Source: Eledone cirrhosa
Lineage: Eukaryota
Assembly: GCA_964016885.1 (NCBI GenBank)
Contig: OZ024741.1
Coordinates: 345,526,001-345,590,000, forward strand
Direction of reading: 5' to 3'
DNA length: 64,000 nt
In this document: one piece after another, positions 1 to 15,995 of the stretch
Position numbering within the stretch: the first letter of the stretch is position 1
Layout: the number at the start of each line of letters is the position of its first letter
The notes under the pieces: generated by a model
Database searches by the model: none
What the model saw: the letters and a program-made list of their open reading frames with translations, nothing else
Told to the model about the DNA's origin: nothing
Program-made: the position numbers and the translations under genes

Positions 1-189
1 AACTGATTTTTGACAGAATTCACCACGTTTGACTACTAGAATTTTTATCAACACGCCGACGCGTATGTGTGTATGTGTGTGTACGTGTGTATGTGCATAT
101 GCATACATTTATATGCATGAGAATATAAATATAAATGCGTAAACACAGACACACTTACAAAAATACACACTCACTGATATACATTCATA

Positions 190-1140
190 CAAACACACAC
201 ATACATTCACACGAACACACACATATACATTCACACACATAAACACACACGCTGTTTTGCTATAGTTTTTTCATCATCTCCTTCCTTCCTTTTACACACC
301 CATACATTCACACACACACACACACATACACACACATACACACACACATACACACACACATACATTCACAGAAACACACACTCACATACATTTATACAAG
401 CACACACATAGATTCACACACACACACACACACACACATACATTCACACACACACACACACACACACGCACATACATTGAGTGACGGACGGAAGTTGCTC
501 AAATTTATATATAGATAATAGAGTTATGCGTTAGTATATACATTGAAATTTATACGCAAGCCAAATTGAGCCTCTCTAACATAAAATAATTGCCATATAC
601 TAAATTATACATCGTCTACCGAGCATTAAATTGGCATTTTTATAATGAACTCTAAATAATTTATATTTTATGTGTAATGATATTTATAGTTTTAGTCTGA
701 CTAGGCACAGCTTACTTTGCCTGCACAGACGGAATGTCTCTGGTATGTATGTATGTATGTATGTATGTATGTATGTATGTATGTATGTATGTATGTATGT
801 ATGTATGTATGTATGTATGTATGTATGTATGTGTGTGTGTGTGTGTGTGTATGTGTGTATGCATGTGTGTGTCTATGTATGTACGTATGCATGCAAGCAT
901 GCCTGTATTCATGTATGCATGTGTGTATGCATGCATGTATGTATGAATGTGTATGTATGTAAGTATCAATAGATGGATGCATGTATTGCATGTATGTGTG
1001 TATGCATGCATCATACATATATGTGTGTGTATGTATATATGTATATATGCGTGCATGCATGTTACTGCATGTATGAATCTGTATGTTCTGATTTATGTAT
1101 TTGTACATACACGTATTCATACATCCATATGTGCGTATAT
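190..1140. repeat. Compound (CA)n / (TATG)n microsatellite region
   Basis: (CA)n-rich 190-475, pure (TATG)n ~744-830, then degenerate TG/TATG. The MYVC/HTYI ORFs here are artefacts. Confidence 0.95.
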
Positions 1141-1481
1141 GTATTTCACACATTTTTATACACGCTACAGGCTGAAATATTTTCATAGAGTTTCCTTAAT
1201 GGATTGTAATTGTAATAATGTTTGCGTGTATGCTTTCTTTTAAATTCATTGAAGTTCTTCTTACGAGAATATACGCTAACCACTTAGAAAGTGACAAGAC
1301 GTTTGGTGGGAGTCAAGATAGTTGTAGGGATTAGTAAATATATGGTTGAGTTAATCAGTGCATTTATGTAGCTGCTTGCAATTGCACTCATGTTAGGAGT
1401 GGACGTGTCTGTTTGAGTACACGAATATTTGTGTGTTTGTGTATGTATGATTAAACACTATATATATATATATTTGTGTGT

Positions 1482-1745
1482 GAAGGCACGTGACCTAGTG
1501 GTAAAAGTGTTGGACTTACGATCGTAATGTCATGGGTTCGATTCCTGGGCTAGTTTGTGTGTTGCGTTCTTGAGCAAAAACACTTAATTTAACGTTGCTC
1601 CAGTATACTCAGCTGAAAATGAGTACCACATATAGTTGGGGGTTTAACCCTGCGATAGACTGGTGTCCTGTCCAGGGGAAGTCATGTACTCTCCGTCGCT
1701 TCACGCTATGAAACCGGGATAAGCACCGGCTCAACGCACTGCTTG
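1482..1745 (+). mobile_element. tRNA-derived SINE (family A: tRNA head + TTGAGCAAGACAC core)
   Basis: A-box-like GACCTAGTGG and B-box GGTTCGATTCC, then TTGAGCAAAAACACTT..AACGTTGCTCCAG. Same head/core recurs at 10339, 48280, 49516 and 55120. Confidence 0.8.
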
Positions 1746-2148
1746 CAGCGCATGAGGGCATGCATGCATATATATATATTTGTGTGAGGCAACGAAATAG
1801 CAGAACCGTTAGATCGTTGGATAGAATGCTTCACATTATTTGATCAAATTCCGTTGGGGTCAATTTAACCTTACATCGTCTCAAGAACAATGAAAAGAGT
1901 TACAGTCCAGTGTTGCAGTGGATTTCCCCTATATATCTCTTTCCAACTTCCTCTCAATCACTCTATCTCTCCTACTCTGGAAGAAATCGGTTGTGTTCAG
2001 ATCTAGAGAGGGATAGCATCCGTTTTGTTTAACATTCTCAAGACTTTACGCCAGGTTTAAATTGCCAATGACATCAGGAAACCCTCAGAAATTATGGGTT
2101 CATACATACACACGTGTGTGCGTGTGTTTTTATGTGTATGTGTATGTG

Positions 2149-2261
<113 letters not shown>

Positions 2262-2311
2262 ACATACACACAAATATATATATATACATATGTACAAACG
2301 CGTGAACGCAC

Positions 2312-2338
<27 letters not shown>

Positions 2339-2343
<5 letters not shown>

Positions 2344-2742
2344 ATTGGTAAACGGAATAGAAAATGCTGAAAAATTGTTCACAGTTGAAAAATGGTTTAA
2401 TTAGGAATAAAAGAGTATTAGTGATTGTATGGGTTAGTATTCAGTTGTGGTTTTAAGTTTTTAAGTTTTTACCGGTTGCGCATTTCTAAATGCTTTTCAA
2501 AAATAATTTTGAGATAGAGTGTCCGTGCTGTTTGCTCTGATCAGAGCAAACAGCACGGACACTCTATCTCAAAATTATTTTTGAAAAGCATTTAGAAATG
2601 CGCAACCGGTAAAAACTTAAAAACTTAAAACCACAACTGAATACTAACCCATACAATCACTAATACTCTTTTATTCCTAATTAAACAATTTTTCAACTGT
2701 GAACAATTTTTCAGCATTTTCTATTCCGTTTACCAATATATA
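2339..2742. repeat. 404-bp spacer-less palindrome (fold-back, PLE pLTR-like)
   Basis: Centre TGA|TCA at 2540/2541; arms reverse-complementary with one mismatch seen; flanked by (TA)n; hammerhead-like motif at 2578-2614 and its mirror. Confidence 0.9.
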
Positions 2743-2771
2743 ATAACTTGTGTGTTACACCTCTATTCTTT

Positions 2772-2802
<31 letters not shown>

Positions 2803-2807
2803 GCATG

Positions 2808-2897
<90 letters not shown>

Positions 2898-2954
2898 ACT
2901 ATCTCTCATACACATGTGTGTGTATTCTAGATGCATGCATGTGTTGTATACATA

Positions 2955-3287
2955 TGTTTAGTCCAGGAAACCCCAATAGAGAATCTTTGATAAGTTTTGC
3001 AAATCTTCAAAACCATTGGATTTATTTTGTCTTGGAATTTCGGATGCATTAAGAACAAGATCGTCCACTTCAGAGCACTAGGTATTGCAATATACGGTAA
3101 AATACATGGAATGAGGCGAAGAGGACGTCCGGAGGTGAACTGGGGGTAGACAACCGACAGAGACCTGAAACCCGTCAACATAAGTTGGAACGATATGTTG
3201 ATTGATGCAACTGACCGTGACAATTGGAACTCTTTGGCTACCTCTTGAGTCCCAAGACGCGGGAGCTTCTAAGTCTAAGTCTAAGTT
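2955..3287 (+). mobile_element. RTE-like LINE 3' fragment
   Basis: Translates IAIYGKIHGMRRRGRPEVNW, resembling the RTE C-terminal G.R.RGRP...W motif; ends in a (TCTAAG)3 tail. Confidence 0.55.
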
Positions 3288-3599
3288 TGTGACTATGTTA
3301 AGATGAAAACAATGCAAAATTGTACGTACAAACCTGATGGTGCTTCGATCTGAAAACATAACAAGGTAGGCGTCTGCAACAACTTAGCCAGGAGGTAATG
3401 AAAAAAATATCGGGCGTAATTCCTTGAAAGTACAAAGCAAAAAGTGAAGCAGACAGAACGTGAGATGTCCGGCAGTCTTCTGAAAATAAGTGGTATGGAG
3501 TTGACGTAGAGGGGGAGAAGAATGTATTGAAAGTAAGAGAGGATGAGAGGGAGAGAGTGAATATGATAGAGATGGATAAAGAAAAATAGAAAGAGAGGA

Positions 3600-3830
3600 A
3601 TACTCCTGGATCTCCTACCTGTTGGCAAAACCAACAGGTAGGAGACTCAGGGGTAGATCCCGAGCAAGATGGTTGGATAACATCCATGAGCTTGGCTGGT
3701 CACGCTTGCGGATCCAGCCGGATCAGTGGGAGACGGTTGCTTCTGGCAGGACCCACTGAAGGGAGTGTTTGAAGACTCTGCCCCTACGACCCTCTCAGGA
3801 ATAAGTGGGCGAAAAGGAAGAAGAGAAGGA
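3600..3830 (+). mobile_element. RTE/Expander-like LINE 3' fragment
   Basis: Translates KPTGRRLRGRSRARWLDNIHELGWSRLRIQP...LPLRP, typical of an RTE C-terminus; GAA-rich tail. Confidence 0.6.
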
Positions 3831-5438
3831 ATACGCACACATACATACACACTGCATATAGTATTTTTTATTATAATTTTCGTACAATCTTGTGTTGGTT
3901 ACAGTTACAACATTTCAATATTACTTTATCATAATGTAAGTAAGCTATTTTTACTAACCACTGTACATTTACTTAATTTTCTATTTGTAAACCATAGTAA
4001 AATCTCCTATCCCAAAGTATGGCAAGCTGTTTATAAAATTAAAAAAACAACAACAAACCAAGCAAACAAATAAAAATAATCAAATGATGTTTAAGTTTAT
4101 TATAATGTAATAAACTGCAACATGTTTTATTCACTGAATATCTATTTGTAACCACCGTAAACCTGCCATCTACCTGAAAGGTATTGCTAATAATGTTTTA
4201 TATGTAAAAGAAAAAGAAAGAACAAAAAACCCCAAAAAACAAACAAACAAACAAACACAAACCAAAAACAACAACAGCAATATCTAAGTTTATCTTAATC
4301 TAATATAATGGAACAAACTATGTTTCAGCAACCTCTGTGCATTTACTGAATTTTTCTATTTGTAAACCGCAGTAAAACTGCTTTTAAAATCTAAAAACCA
4401 CATCTACAACACCATCACAAGCAACAACAACATCAATATCCATAAAAGCAACAACAACATCAATATCCATAAAAGCAACAGCAACAATATGTATATCAGC
4501 ATCAACAACATCACTTAAGTTTATTTTAATCTATTATTTCTAATGCAAAATAACTAAATGGCATGTCAGTCCTGGATTACTCAAAATTCTCTCCAAATGC
4601 CAACATGAATGCTGCTAAGGGTGGATAATTACACCTTGAAGATGAGGATTCAAATTCATTCAGCCCCGAAGAATATAGCTTTGACCAGGAGGAGTTGATG
4701 TCACCAGACGGTGTCCATTGTTCATTGAGTCTTTCCTTCCTTAACCATTACAACTTCTCGTTTGTTGGTGGATCAGCAATGGTAAGCTAATCCTTTACCA
4801 TCCTCACCTCCAGGCTTCAAGTTTATCCCCTCTCTCCTACTCTATAACCGAGGGGTGTTTCTGCTACATCAATAGATTGTACAACATGGAAAATATGCAA
4901 TCAACTTTCTCCAAATGATATTAGCAGGAAAGATAAACATTATCCATAGCTGGAATCGCGCACTATAATCATCACCCACCATATAAATCGAGCCCAATTT
5001 TATTGCGAAACGTTTTTTAAAACCCCAGTTCAACACGAAATAAATTAAAGAAAAAATTTATTTCACAACCTTCAAACGATACCTGATAAATTCATCCGAG
5101 AAATACCAGTTAAACTATTAACACCAGCAATCTCGACTGGAATGGATTGTGGTCAGACCTGGTGTAACCATTAAGCAAAATAAGTAAAATGTTTAGAGCT
5201 CCAAGGGATTGGGGAACCACACAGATTTTACTCTCCAAGTGCCAGCTATTCAGTGGTAATCTACCTAATTTTCTCAACTATTATCTATAGTGATCGACTG
5301 TTATTGCAGTTAGTTTCTGCGTTGGCACTCTCACATTTCAAATTTTCAATTGTATAATTTCTTCTCAGTTAGACACTGGTGCTTCTTTGCGGTGCTTGAG
5401 CATTAGCTGCTCTTTACTTATTCCTGGCTTTGGTGTCC

Positions 5439-5522
<84 letters not shown>

Positions 5523-6568
5523 CTAGGGATATATTTAAGAAAAGAACTTCGTCCGGCGGGACTATTAAGTACATGAATAAATACAAGCCGAACCCCAAAA
5601 TATATCTAAGCTTATCTAAGTTTACTATAATGTGAAAAAATACCTGGGCGCAGACATAGATGGATGTGTATATATTACCATTGTATTTCCACTAAAACCC
5701 ACTACAAAACACAGAAAAACACAAATCCTTTGTTTTAGAAAATAGCATCCTTTGATATATTTGTTTTATATCTAAATAGACACACTTTCTTGTCACCCTC
5801 ACTGTCAGAGAAGCATGGAGGTAGGGGTTGGTTGTTGGTGAACTGCAATGAATGATACTATTATTTACCAAATGCGGTATAAAATATGAACGAAATATTT
5901 TACATGAATTTATATTTGTAACTTCAGTGAAACCAACATTTCAATAAATAGTAAATAATGTTTTATATATCTGTAAATAAATAAACAATGTTTAATATAA
6001 AGAGACTATAGAATATCGTATATCTGCAGAATGAAAAAACAGAACAATAACAACAACAGTACTTAAGTGAATCATTATCTAGATATATTGTAATGGTGGT
6101 GGATAGAGTGATGTGCAGTATTTGTTTCGACTTTTTATGCCTTGAGTTGAAATCCCGTCAGGTCAACTTCGCTTTTCATTCTTCCGGACATCAAGAAATA
6201 AACAGTCAAGTACTGGGATCGATCCTCAATTGGTTTCGAAACTGAGTATTCCAGTTGTACAATCAACGAAACACCCTGATCATGAAATTAACTTGCAAGT
6301 GGCTGAGCATTCCACAAAAACATGTGTATCCTTAACGTAATTTTCGTGTAGACTCATTATGACACAATGTGTGACAAGGCTGGCCCTTTGGATTAACAGG
6401 TACAGACCATCTGATAGGCTTCGAAACAGTTGTCCAATTTCACTCATACAACATTTGAACAATATATCACGTAACGGAATCGAACCAGGGATATAATGAT
6501 TGCGAAGAAAACATTTCAACCATTCAGCGATGTTGTGCCCACTAATAAGACTATGTTATGTACCAACA

Positions 6569-6748
6569 TAATCCTGTACAAACACGGTCATAGAAGTAGA
6601 GGTCGTCTTGCAACAACGTATCTGGATATGCTATATGCTGACACGGAAAGTAAGTTAACGGACCTTGGTGTGATAATGCTAGATCAAGACAAATAGAAAG
6701 ACTACTGTTCATTGGATCGAGGAAACTCGACTCGTGAATGAGTGAGTG
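6569..6748 (+). mobile_element. 5'-truncated RTE LINE end with 11-bp TSD
   Basis: HGHRSRGRLATTYLDML..D resembles the 3' end of the RTE at 54950-55070; (GAGT)n tail; ATGTACCAACA at 6558-6568 and 6749-6759. Confidence 0.7.
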
Positions 6749-7074
6749 ATGTACCAACAAAAGCAAAAGACGGCCCTGTCTCAAACTGGTGTAGAGAAAC
6801 GAGGGACGGTCACAACCCGTGATTAGAGCTTTCGATATCGTTAATACAGTAGAAAGGGATGATAAGCCCTCAGGATATTTCAGCAACATCAAATAAAGCG
6901 GCTTGGTCGAGAGCAAGGTGTTATCGGGTGCAGGCAGGAATCGAACGCCAAACCTTAGGATCGTGAACCGAATAACGTAACAAAAAAAAAAAAAAGCCAC
7001 ATGCCGCTGGGGTACATCATATTTTCAATATCCGTTGTAGATTTTTTAAATATTCGTTTGCCAGAGTTAAACTG

Positions 7075-7412
7075 ATGGCGAATTGGTAGAGTGGTTAGAA
7101 CGTCGGATAGAATGTTTTGCGGTATTCTTTCGGGCTCCCTGCTCTCCGTGTTCAAATCCCTCCGAAGTCAATTTTACCTTTCATCCTTTCGAGGTCGATA
7201 ATAAAAACTATCAGCCCCGTACTGGAATCGATTCTTCCTCTATACTTAGTTGTCACTCCTTCTTTTTATCACTTCTATCACTCTCATTTTTCTTTGGAAG
7301 AAATTGGCAATGTTCAGACCTGGAGAGGAGATGGGTTCAGTCAGTCTTTAAACTGCCAAAGAAATGCTGTACGTCACTACGGCAACCCTACGACACCATC
7401 GTGCATTACAGG
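7075..7412 (+). mobile_element. tRNA-derived SINE (family B, long variant)
   Basis: GTTCAAATCC B-box, CCTTTCATCCTTTCGAGGTCGATAA core. Related copies near 1788-2050 (+), 6093-6405 (+) and 60333-60490 (-). Confidence 0.75.
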
Positions 7413-7704
7413 TTTATACATATATGCATAAATACACACAATAAACTACCATTCCGATGTATGGAAAACGCCTTTATAATCCACCCACCACAAAAAAACG
7501 AAAAAAAGCATTCTTTAAATATAATGTTAATGTAACAAACAGCAGCATCTTTTCATTAGATTCACTGAGAAGTGCTTTTTATCTTTCCTTTCTTTCTTAT
7601 TTCCTTCTTTTATTGTCAAATATAAATTATTAGTGACACGCAAACGTAGCTCTGTTTTAGTTCGATTGCGAATTAAGTGTTTATTGTCATGTTACACCCA
7701 CCTA

Positions 7705-9935
<2,231 letters not shown>

Positions 9936-10338
9936 ATATATTTATATACATGCTCACAGACACATACACACACACGCGCACACACACGCCCACATATATA
10001 TTCAACAGTAAGCAATTTATTCTGACTCCCATTTCATTACTCAGTGCTATGCTGCCATGCAATATATTACCTTCCTGTCTTAGTGATGAGACTTCCCGGA
10101 ACCGTTGTTGAGAAATTCTACATAATATTCCCTACACAGCATTCTCGAAAGATATTAAGTGTTTAACTGATGAATCTTTCACAGAAAAAAACAACAAGAA
10201 AAAAATCTACGACTTTATCGAATTATATATAGAAATCAGATACGAATAATGTAAATAATTGTTCCTAATTTAGACACAAAGCCAACAATTTTTAAGGAAC
10301 GAAAAAGTTGATTATATATCAACTCCAGTACTTTACTG

Positions 10339-10680
10339 GTGTGAAGTGAAATTGCATGGCTTGGTGGTTAGCGCATTGGGCTTGCAATCGAAAGGTTGTG
10401 TATTCGATTCTCGGACCGGGTAATGCGTTGTGTCCTTGAGCAACACACTTTATTTAACGTTGCTCCAGTTTACTCAACTGTAGAAATGAGTTGCGATGTC
10501 ACTGGTGTCAAGCTGTATCGGCCATTGCCTTTCCCTTGGACATCATCGGTTGTTTGGAGAGAGGAGGATGGTATGCATGGATGACTGCTGGTCTTCCTCA
10601 AACAACCTTGCTCAGGCTTGTGTCTCGGAGGGAAACTTTCTAGGTGCAAATCACATGGTCATTCATGACCGAAGTCTTCG
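10339..10680 (+). mobile_element. Family-A SINE nested inside a family-B SINE
   Basis: TGGCTTGGTGGTTAG A-box, TTCGATTC B-box, GTCCTTGAGCAACACAC; TSD ACTTTACTG at 10330-10338 and 10681-10689. Confidence 0.8.
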
Positions 10681-11308
10681 ACTTTACTGATATATTATTT
10701 TATTGACATCGGAAGAATAAAAGGCAAAGCTGATCACGGAGAGATTTAAACTCAGAACATAGAAAGATATAGCTAAACACTACTAAACATTTTGATCGAT
10801 GCTCTATCAATACTACCAATACACCTCCCTCATATAATGTTAATAATTCTTTCTTTATTGATTTTTAATCTAGACACAAGGTCTGGAATTCATGGGTGGG
10901 AGAAAGTCGATTACATAGACCCCAGTATTTGACTGGTACTTTATTTTATTGACCCCAGTAAGATGAAAGGCAAAGTTAACCTCGGTGGGATTTGAACTAA
11001 GAACGTAGAAAGTCTTAGCTAAATTCTGCAAAATATTTTATCCGACGCTCTACCAAACCACCAATCAACCTTACCCAAGTAATGGTTTGTCATTGAGGCA
11101 CAAATGCATCAATTTTGGGGAGAAGAATGTCCATTATATAGACCTCAGTATTTGACTGGTACTATATTTTATCGACCCCATAAGGATGAAAGGCACGATT
11201 TAGGTTCAGAACACAGAAAGTTATAACTAAACACAGCAAAGCCTTTTGTTCAATGCACTACTGATTTTGCCAATCCACTGCCCTAAATCAGTCTATGATA
11301 ATGATTTA

Positions 11309-12279
11309 TCTCTATATATAAAACTGAGGATGTCTGTCTGTGTGTGTGTGAGTTAACATCCTAAAACTCGAGAAGCACCCAACCGACTGTTTTCAAACTT
11401 TACACATGAAATACTTATGTTTCAGGGAGTGTTCTGAGCAAAAACAATTTCAAATGTTTAATGCCCTAGGGACCGCATTAGGCGATTTAGCGATCTCTCT
11501 CTATAATTCTTAGTCTTTCTCTTTTTAGATAGATACATACATATAACGTCGCGCCCTTATAATATCTGTCTGTATGTCTGCTGTCTGCATTACGTCACTT
11601 TCCACAATTCCCTCTGCGTCCAGAACGCGCCCTCTGTCTGTATGTCTGGCTGTCTGCATTATGTCACTTCCCTGAGGATGTGTGTGTGTGTGTCTGAATT
11701 TGAATCCCTAAAACTCGAGAAGTACCCAACCGACTTTTTTCAAACTTTACATGTGTATTACTTGTTTCAGGGAGTGTTATGTACATTCAACTTTTTGATC
11801 CCCTAGGGCCCGCATTATGTGAAAAACTGCGTTTTTTCAGGTTTTTAGGGGTGTTTTTTTGAGGCGCTACGTCAGACCGATTTCCTTGAAATTGTAACTA
11901 TGTATTAGTCAGTCTCTTCTTCATACCGTGAGCAAAGAAAATCCAACTTTAGGTGAAATCCAATTAGGTGAAAAACTTCCCTTTTTCAGCTTTTTAGGGC
12001 TTTTTTGAAGCGTTACGTCTAGCCGATTTTCCCGAAATTTCAAGGCATATTATGCACATAAAAAAAATTCATTTTCTTCATCCCCTAGGGCCCGCATTAG
12101 GTGAAAACCTGCATTTTCCTGCTTCATCGAGGAAAATCTTAAAGATTATCCAGCCATCAGAGTATTCGGTTTATTTCCTTGACATATTGTCCAGGCATGC
12201 AGTTTTTCCACGATTAGGTCTGTTGGCGGCCCGCGTTCCAAAATATCTTATCCCGTGCAACGCGGGGTACCACTGCTAG
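11309..12279 (+). mobile_element. Non-autonomous Helitron
   Basis: 5' TCTCTATATATAAAA; 3' hairpin CCCGTG-CAA-CGCGGG followed by CTAG; inserted between A and T with no TSD; internal duplication (11325-11480 similar to 11673-11820). Confidence 0.85.
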
Positions 12280-15200
12280 TTAATAATATTTGTGTCTACT
12301 TTGGGCACAAGCGCAGCAATTTGAAGTAAGGGGAAAGTCGATTAAATCGACTCCAGTGCATTACTGGTACTTTATTTTATCGACCTCGTAAGAATGAAAG
12401 TCAAAGCTAATCTCGGCAAAAGTAAAGGGCCGTAACTCTATGCTACGAAGCATTGTGTTCGACGCTCTACCAATACTGCCAATCCATAATAATAATAATA
12501 ATGATTTCTAATAATAATGATTTCTTATATAGGCACAAGGCCAGCAATTTTGGGAGGAGAGGAAAGTCGATTAAATCGACCCCAGTGCGTGACTGATACT
12601 TTATTTTATAGACCCCGTAAGGATGAAAGGCAAGGATAATCACGGTGGTATTTGAACTCAGAACGTAAAGGGCCGTAACTATATATTGCAAAACATTTTG
12701 TCTGACGCTCTATCAAACCGCCCGCCCCCAATGTAAATGTTGGGTCATCAAGTATAAAATTTGTAGAAATTTGTAGAAAAAAAAACAAATTTCTACAAAT
12801 TTCATACTTGACGACCCAATAATATTAATTTTTGATATAATCAAGTAACACTGATAAATAATATATCTCTTTTCGTCTTTTTGGTTAGGAAAAGCTTTAG
12901 CCATTTGAATTGACCACCAGTAGTTGACTTGTACTTTATTTCTGGACTTGAGAAAGATTGAAAGGCAGATGCATGATGGCGCGAATCGCATTCAGAATGT
13001 AAAGTAATAGGGAAAGACATTTTTTCCGCTGCTCTACCGATTTTGCTATGCTATGTTGTTATTATACTGCACAATACTCGGGCGGTGGATTGGCAGTATC
13101 AGTAGAGGGTCGGACGCCATACTTTGCGGCATAGAGTTACGGCCCTTTATGATCTGAGCTCAAATCCCGCCGAGGTTAACATTGTCTTTCATCCTTATGG
13201 GGTCGATAAAATAAAGTACCAGTCACGCACTGGGGTCGATTTAATCGACTTTCCCCTCCCCTCAAATTACTGGCCTTGTGCCTATATAAGAAACTATTAT
13301 TTCTAAGAAGGCCGTACATTTTGCAGGAGCAGCGTGGTCGATAATATCAGCCTTGTACTCAGCTGGTACTTTATTTTATGGACCACGACAAACTGAAAGA
13401 CAAAATCGATTTCGGCATGATCCACAATACGATCGTAAAAGGGCTGTAATGAAATACTGCAAAGCACTCTATCAAATATGTAATTACTCTTTATAATGTT
13501 GGGAAGGTTGGAGCTATTTGGACCCCCCCCCCCCAAAAAAAAAAGAAAGAATGAGAAGTAACAGAAACAAAACAAAAATCAAAGAAAAGAAAAGAAAACA
13601 AAAAAAAATCAAAACAAAAATTTTATGATTTATCGAGGCGCTAGGGGGATTTTAAAATGTAGGAATCCAAGCCAAGAAATCGTTATCAATATTTGTTTCT
13701 GATTTAGGCTCAAGGCCAACAACTTTGGGGTGAGGGGAAAATCGATTTAATCGACCTCAGAGTGTGACTGGTACTTTATTTTATCGACTCTGTAAGGATG
13801 AAAGGCGAAGTTAATCTCGGCGAGATTTGAACAGAGAAAGTAAAGGGACGTAACTATACCACGAAGCAATGTGTCCGACGCTCTACCGATTCTGCCAATC
13901 CACCGCCCTGAAATCGCTTTCAATAAAAATAGTTATAGTAATTCTGATGAAGCACTCTTAGGGTCGGAAAAAGTTGTCAGCAGCCATTATGAAGAAACGA
14001 ATTCTGTGCCTTAATTTCCAGCCGAGTGGCTGCTGGCAACTTTTTTCTATTCCAAATAATATGTTACCCAATTTTCTAAACCTATTATTGTTAATAACGA
14101 TTTCTGCGTTTCGATCCCAACGTTTCAAATGTAAACTATGTATAAAAACAACAACACAAACACACAACAAAACAGGAAATAATAAAATAGAATAAAAACA
14201 AACAAACGAAAAACTGAGCAATTAGTCTTTTAACCATTGACAAAGGAACTACAAATACATAAGCTATCAAAAAAACTCTTACTTATACTCAACGGTAAGG
14301 GGAAACCCACTCCTTTCGGAATTGAGAAAAAAAGCTGTTACTACACAAACACAATAGTAAGTGATCTATTAGTCCTTAAGTTTTTGATAAATGACTTATT
14401 ACTTAAATCGTTACTAAGAAATCTTTGATTCCTTTAATTATTAATGGAAGTGTTCTTATATATATGGTAAAAAAAACGCCATAATACATAATTATTTACA
14501 TTCAATGACAGACGCAGGCACTTACACACATAAGTACCCACACACATATATATAAAGATAATGATATATGTACACGCACACACACACATATAAAAATAAT
14601 GATATTATCAGACGAAGCAAAACATTATAGATCTTTTGCCCATCACAGGACTTGTAAAAGATCTCTCTCTCTTTCTCTGTCTGTCTCCCCCCTCTCTCTC
14701 GTTCTCTCTCTCTCTATATATATATATGATATGTAGCCCTCCTAATGTAGATGATTATAAAACAATAATGGAGGAAGTGCCGTAAAATAACTCTGCAAAC
14801 TAAAAATAAAGAAGACGAAGTTCCATCTCACAGATGTAAGCAAATATATTGTCTTCTTCAAAATACTAGCATCCACTATATTATAATGATAGTATAAATT
14901 CAAAACGTGTAAATATACACACAAATATTAAAATACCCACACGTACACTACGTACGTAAACCATATTCTGTATTCACCTTTGGGACGACTGCATGTCAAA
15001 TTCAGAAAACATAGGTACAAAACTGCACAACCTTATGACGAGTGTAGTCAGAGGGATGGGACCCTTTTATATTTAAATGTCACAGTGAATTAGTTGTGCT
15101 TTAATAAGGTTGCCTTAAAGAAAAATTATCCGGAAAAATATATTTATTGTGAAAATGTGAATATTAATGTCAGAAAAAAATGGAAATTGACCTTTTACTT

Positions 15201-15599
15201 ACATAGGAAAAGGCATTTACTGAAATAACTCTTTCTGTTTTAAGCACAAGGCATACATTTTTTGGGAGGAGGTGGAATAGTCGATTATATGCGCATCAGT
15301 AATTTATTTCATTGAACCCCAGAATGATGGAAGGCAAAGCTAACGTCGCAGATGATTTAATCTCGGGATGTAAAGAGCCGTAACTAAGTGCTAGCAAAGT
15401 ATTATAGCAGACGCTCTAATGACTCGGCGTATTTTACCCTCCTTCCAACATATCCCAATTTCTTTTTTTTTTTCTGAAGTAATTCTATTTTATTTTAAAA
15501 AGCTGTTTATGCAAAAACTAAACAAACTATTAAATGACAAAAATGGAAATGAAAAGAAAAAAAAAAGAATTAAGCAACGAAAGAAAGGGAGAGGAGGAG

Positions 15600-15995
15600 A
15601 GCCAGATACTACACTCCAGTCCGAGTGGTGTTTCAACTACGCCCCGCGGTTAAAATAATAAAGGCATTGTCTCGGAGAATCTCCAGAGATCCGCTGCAAC
15701 AGCTAGCCCACCTCACGGGGTTCCTTTCTCAAGCAGACTGCTGTCTATCCGATTTTACGGATAAAATCAACAGTGCGGGGATCAACGAGACCAGAGCACG
15801 GATTTGTGGTCGAAGTGACAAGGTTGGAGGCGGAGCGCGTCGTATCCCAAATTAAGTATTTACCTTACTTTAAAGGGAAGAGAGTTAATCCCTCTGGGTG
15901 CTGCTCATCGCCACGTTTGAGGCCAGCTGGCTCCAATTGTGACGGGAAACCAGCTGATCGAGGCTCCTTCTGATGATATCGTTCAGGCATACAGT
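15600..15995 (-). mobile_element. CRE-clade non-LTR retrotransposon 3' fragment (restriction-like endonuclease), decayed
   Basis: Minus strand, across frameshifts and stops: [48 protein letters not shown] ... PREVG*LLQRIS...DNAFIIL, matching the CRE RLE pattern LNDII..L......LEP.GL.R.DG.RPDG.T..P...G..L.WD.T / QRIS....GNA. Confidence 0.75.

Noticed and set aside
1482-1555. tRNA genes at SINE heads
   Set aside because: A/B boxes continue into SINE bodies; no intact cloverleaf.
4630-4790. Possible host exon ending ATG|GTAAGC
   Set aside because: No convincing acceptor or recognisable protein; the minus frame (WSKLYSSGLNEFESS) looks as much like a decayed L1 fragment.
15600-15995. GC-rich hairpin-forming island resembling a structured ncRNA (7SK/snoRNA-like)
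   Set aside because: Minus-strand translation matches a CRE-clade restriction-like endonuclease.
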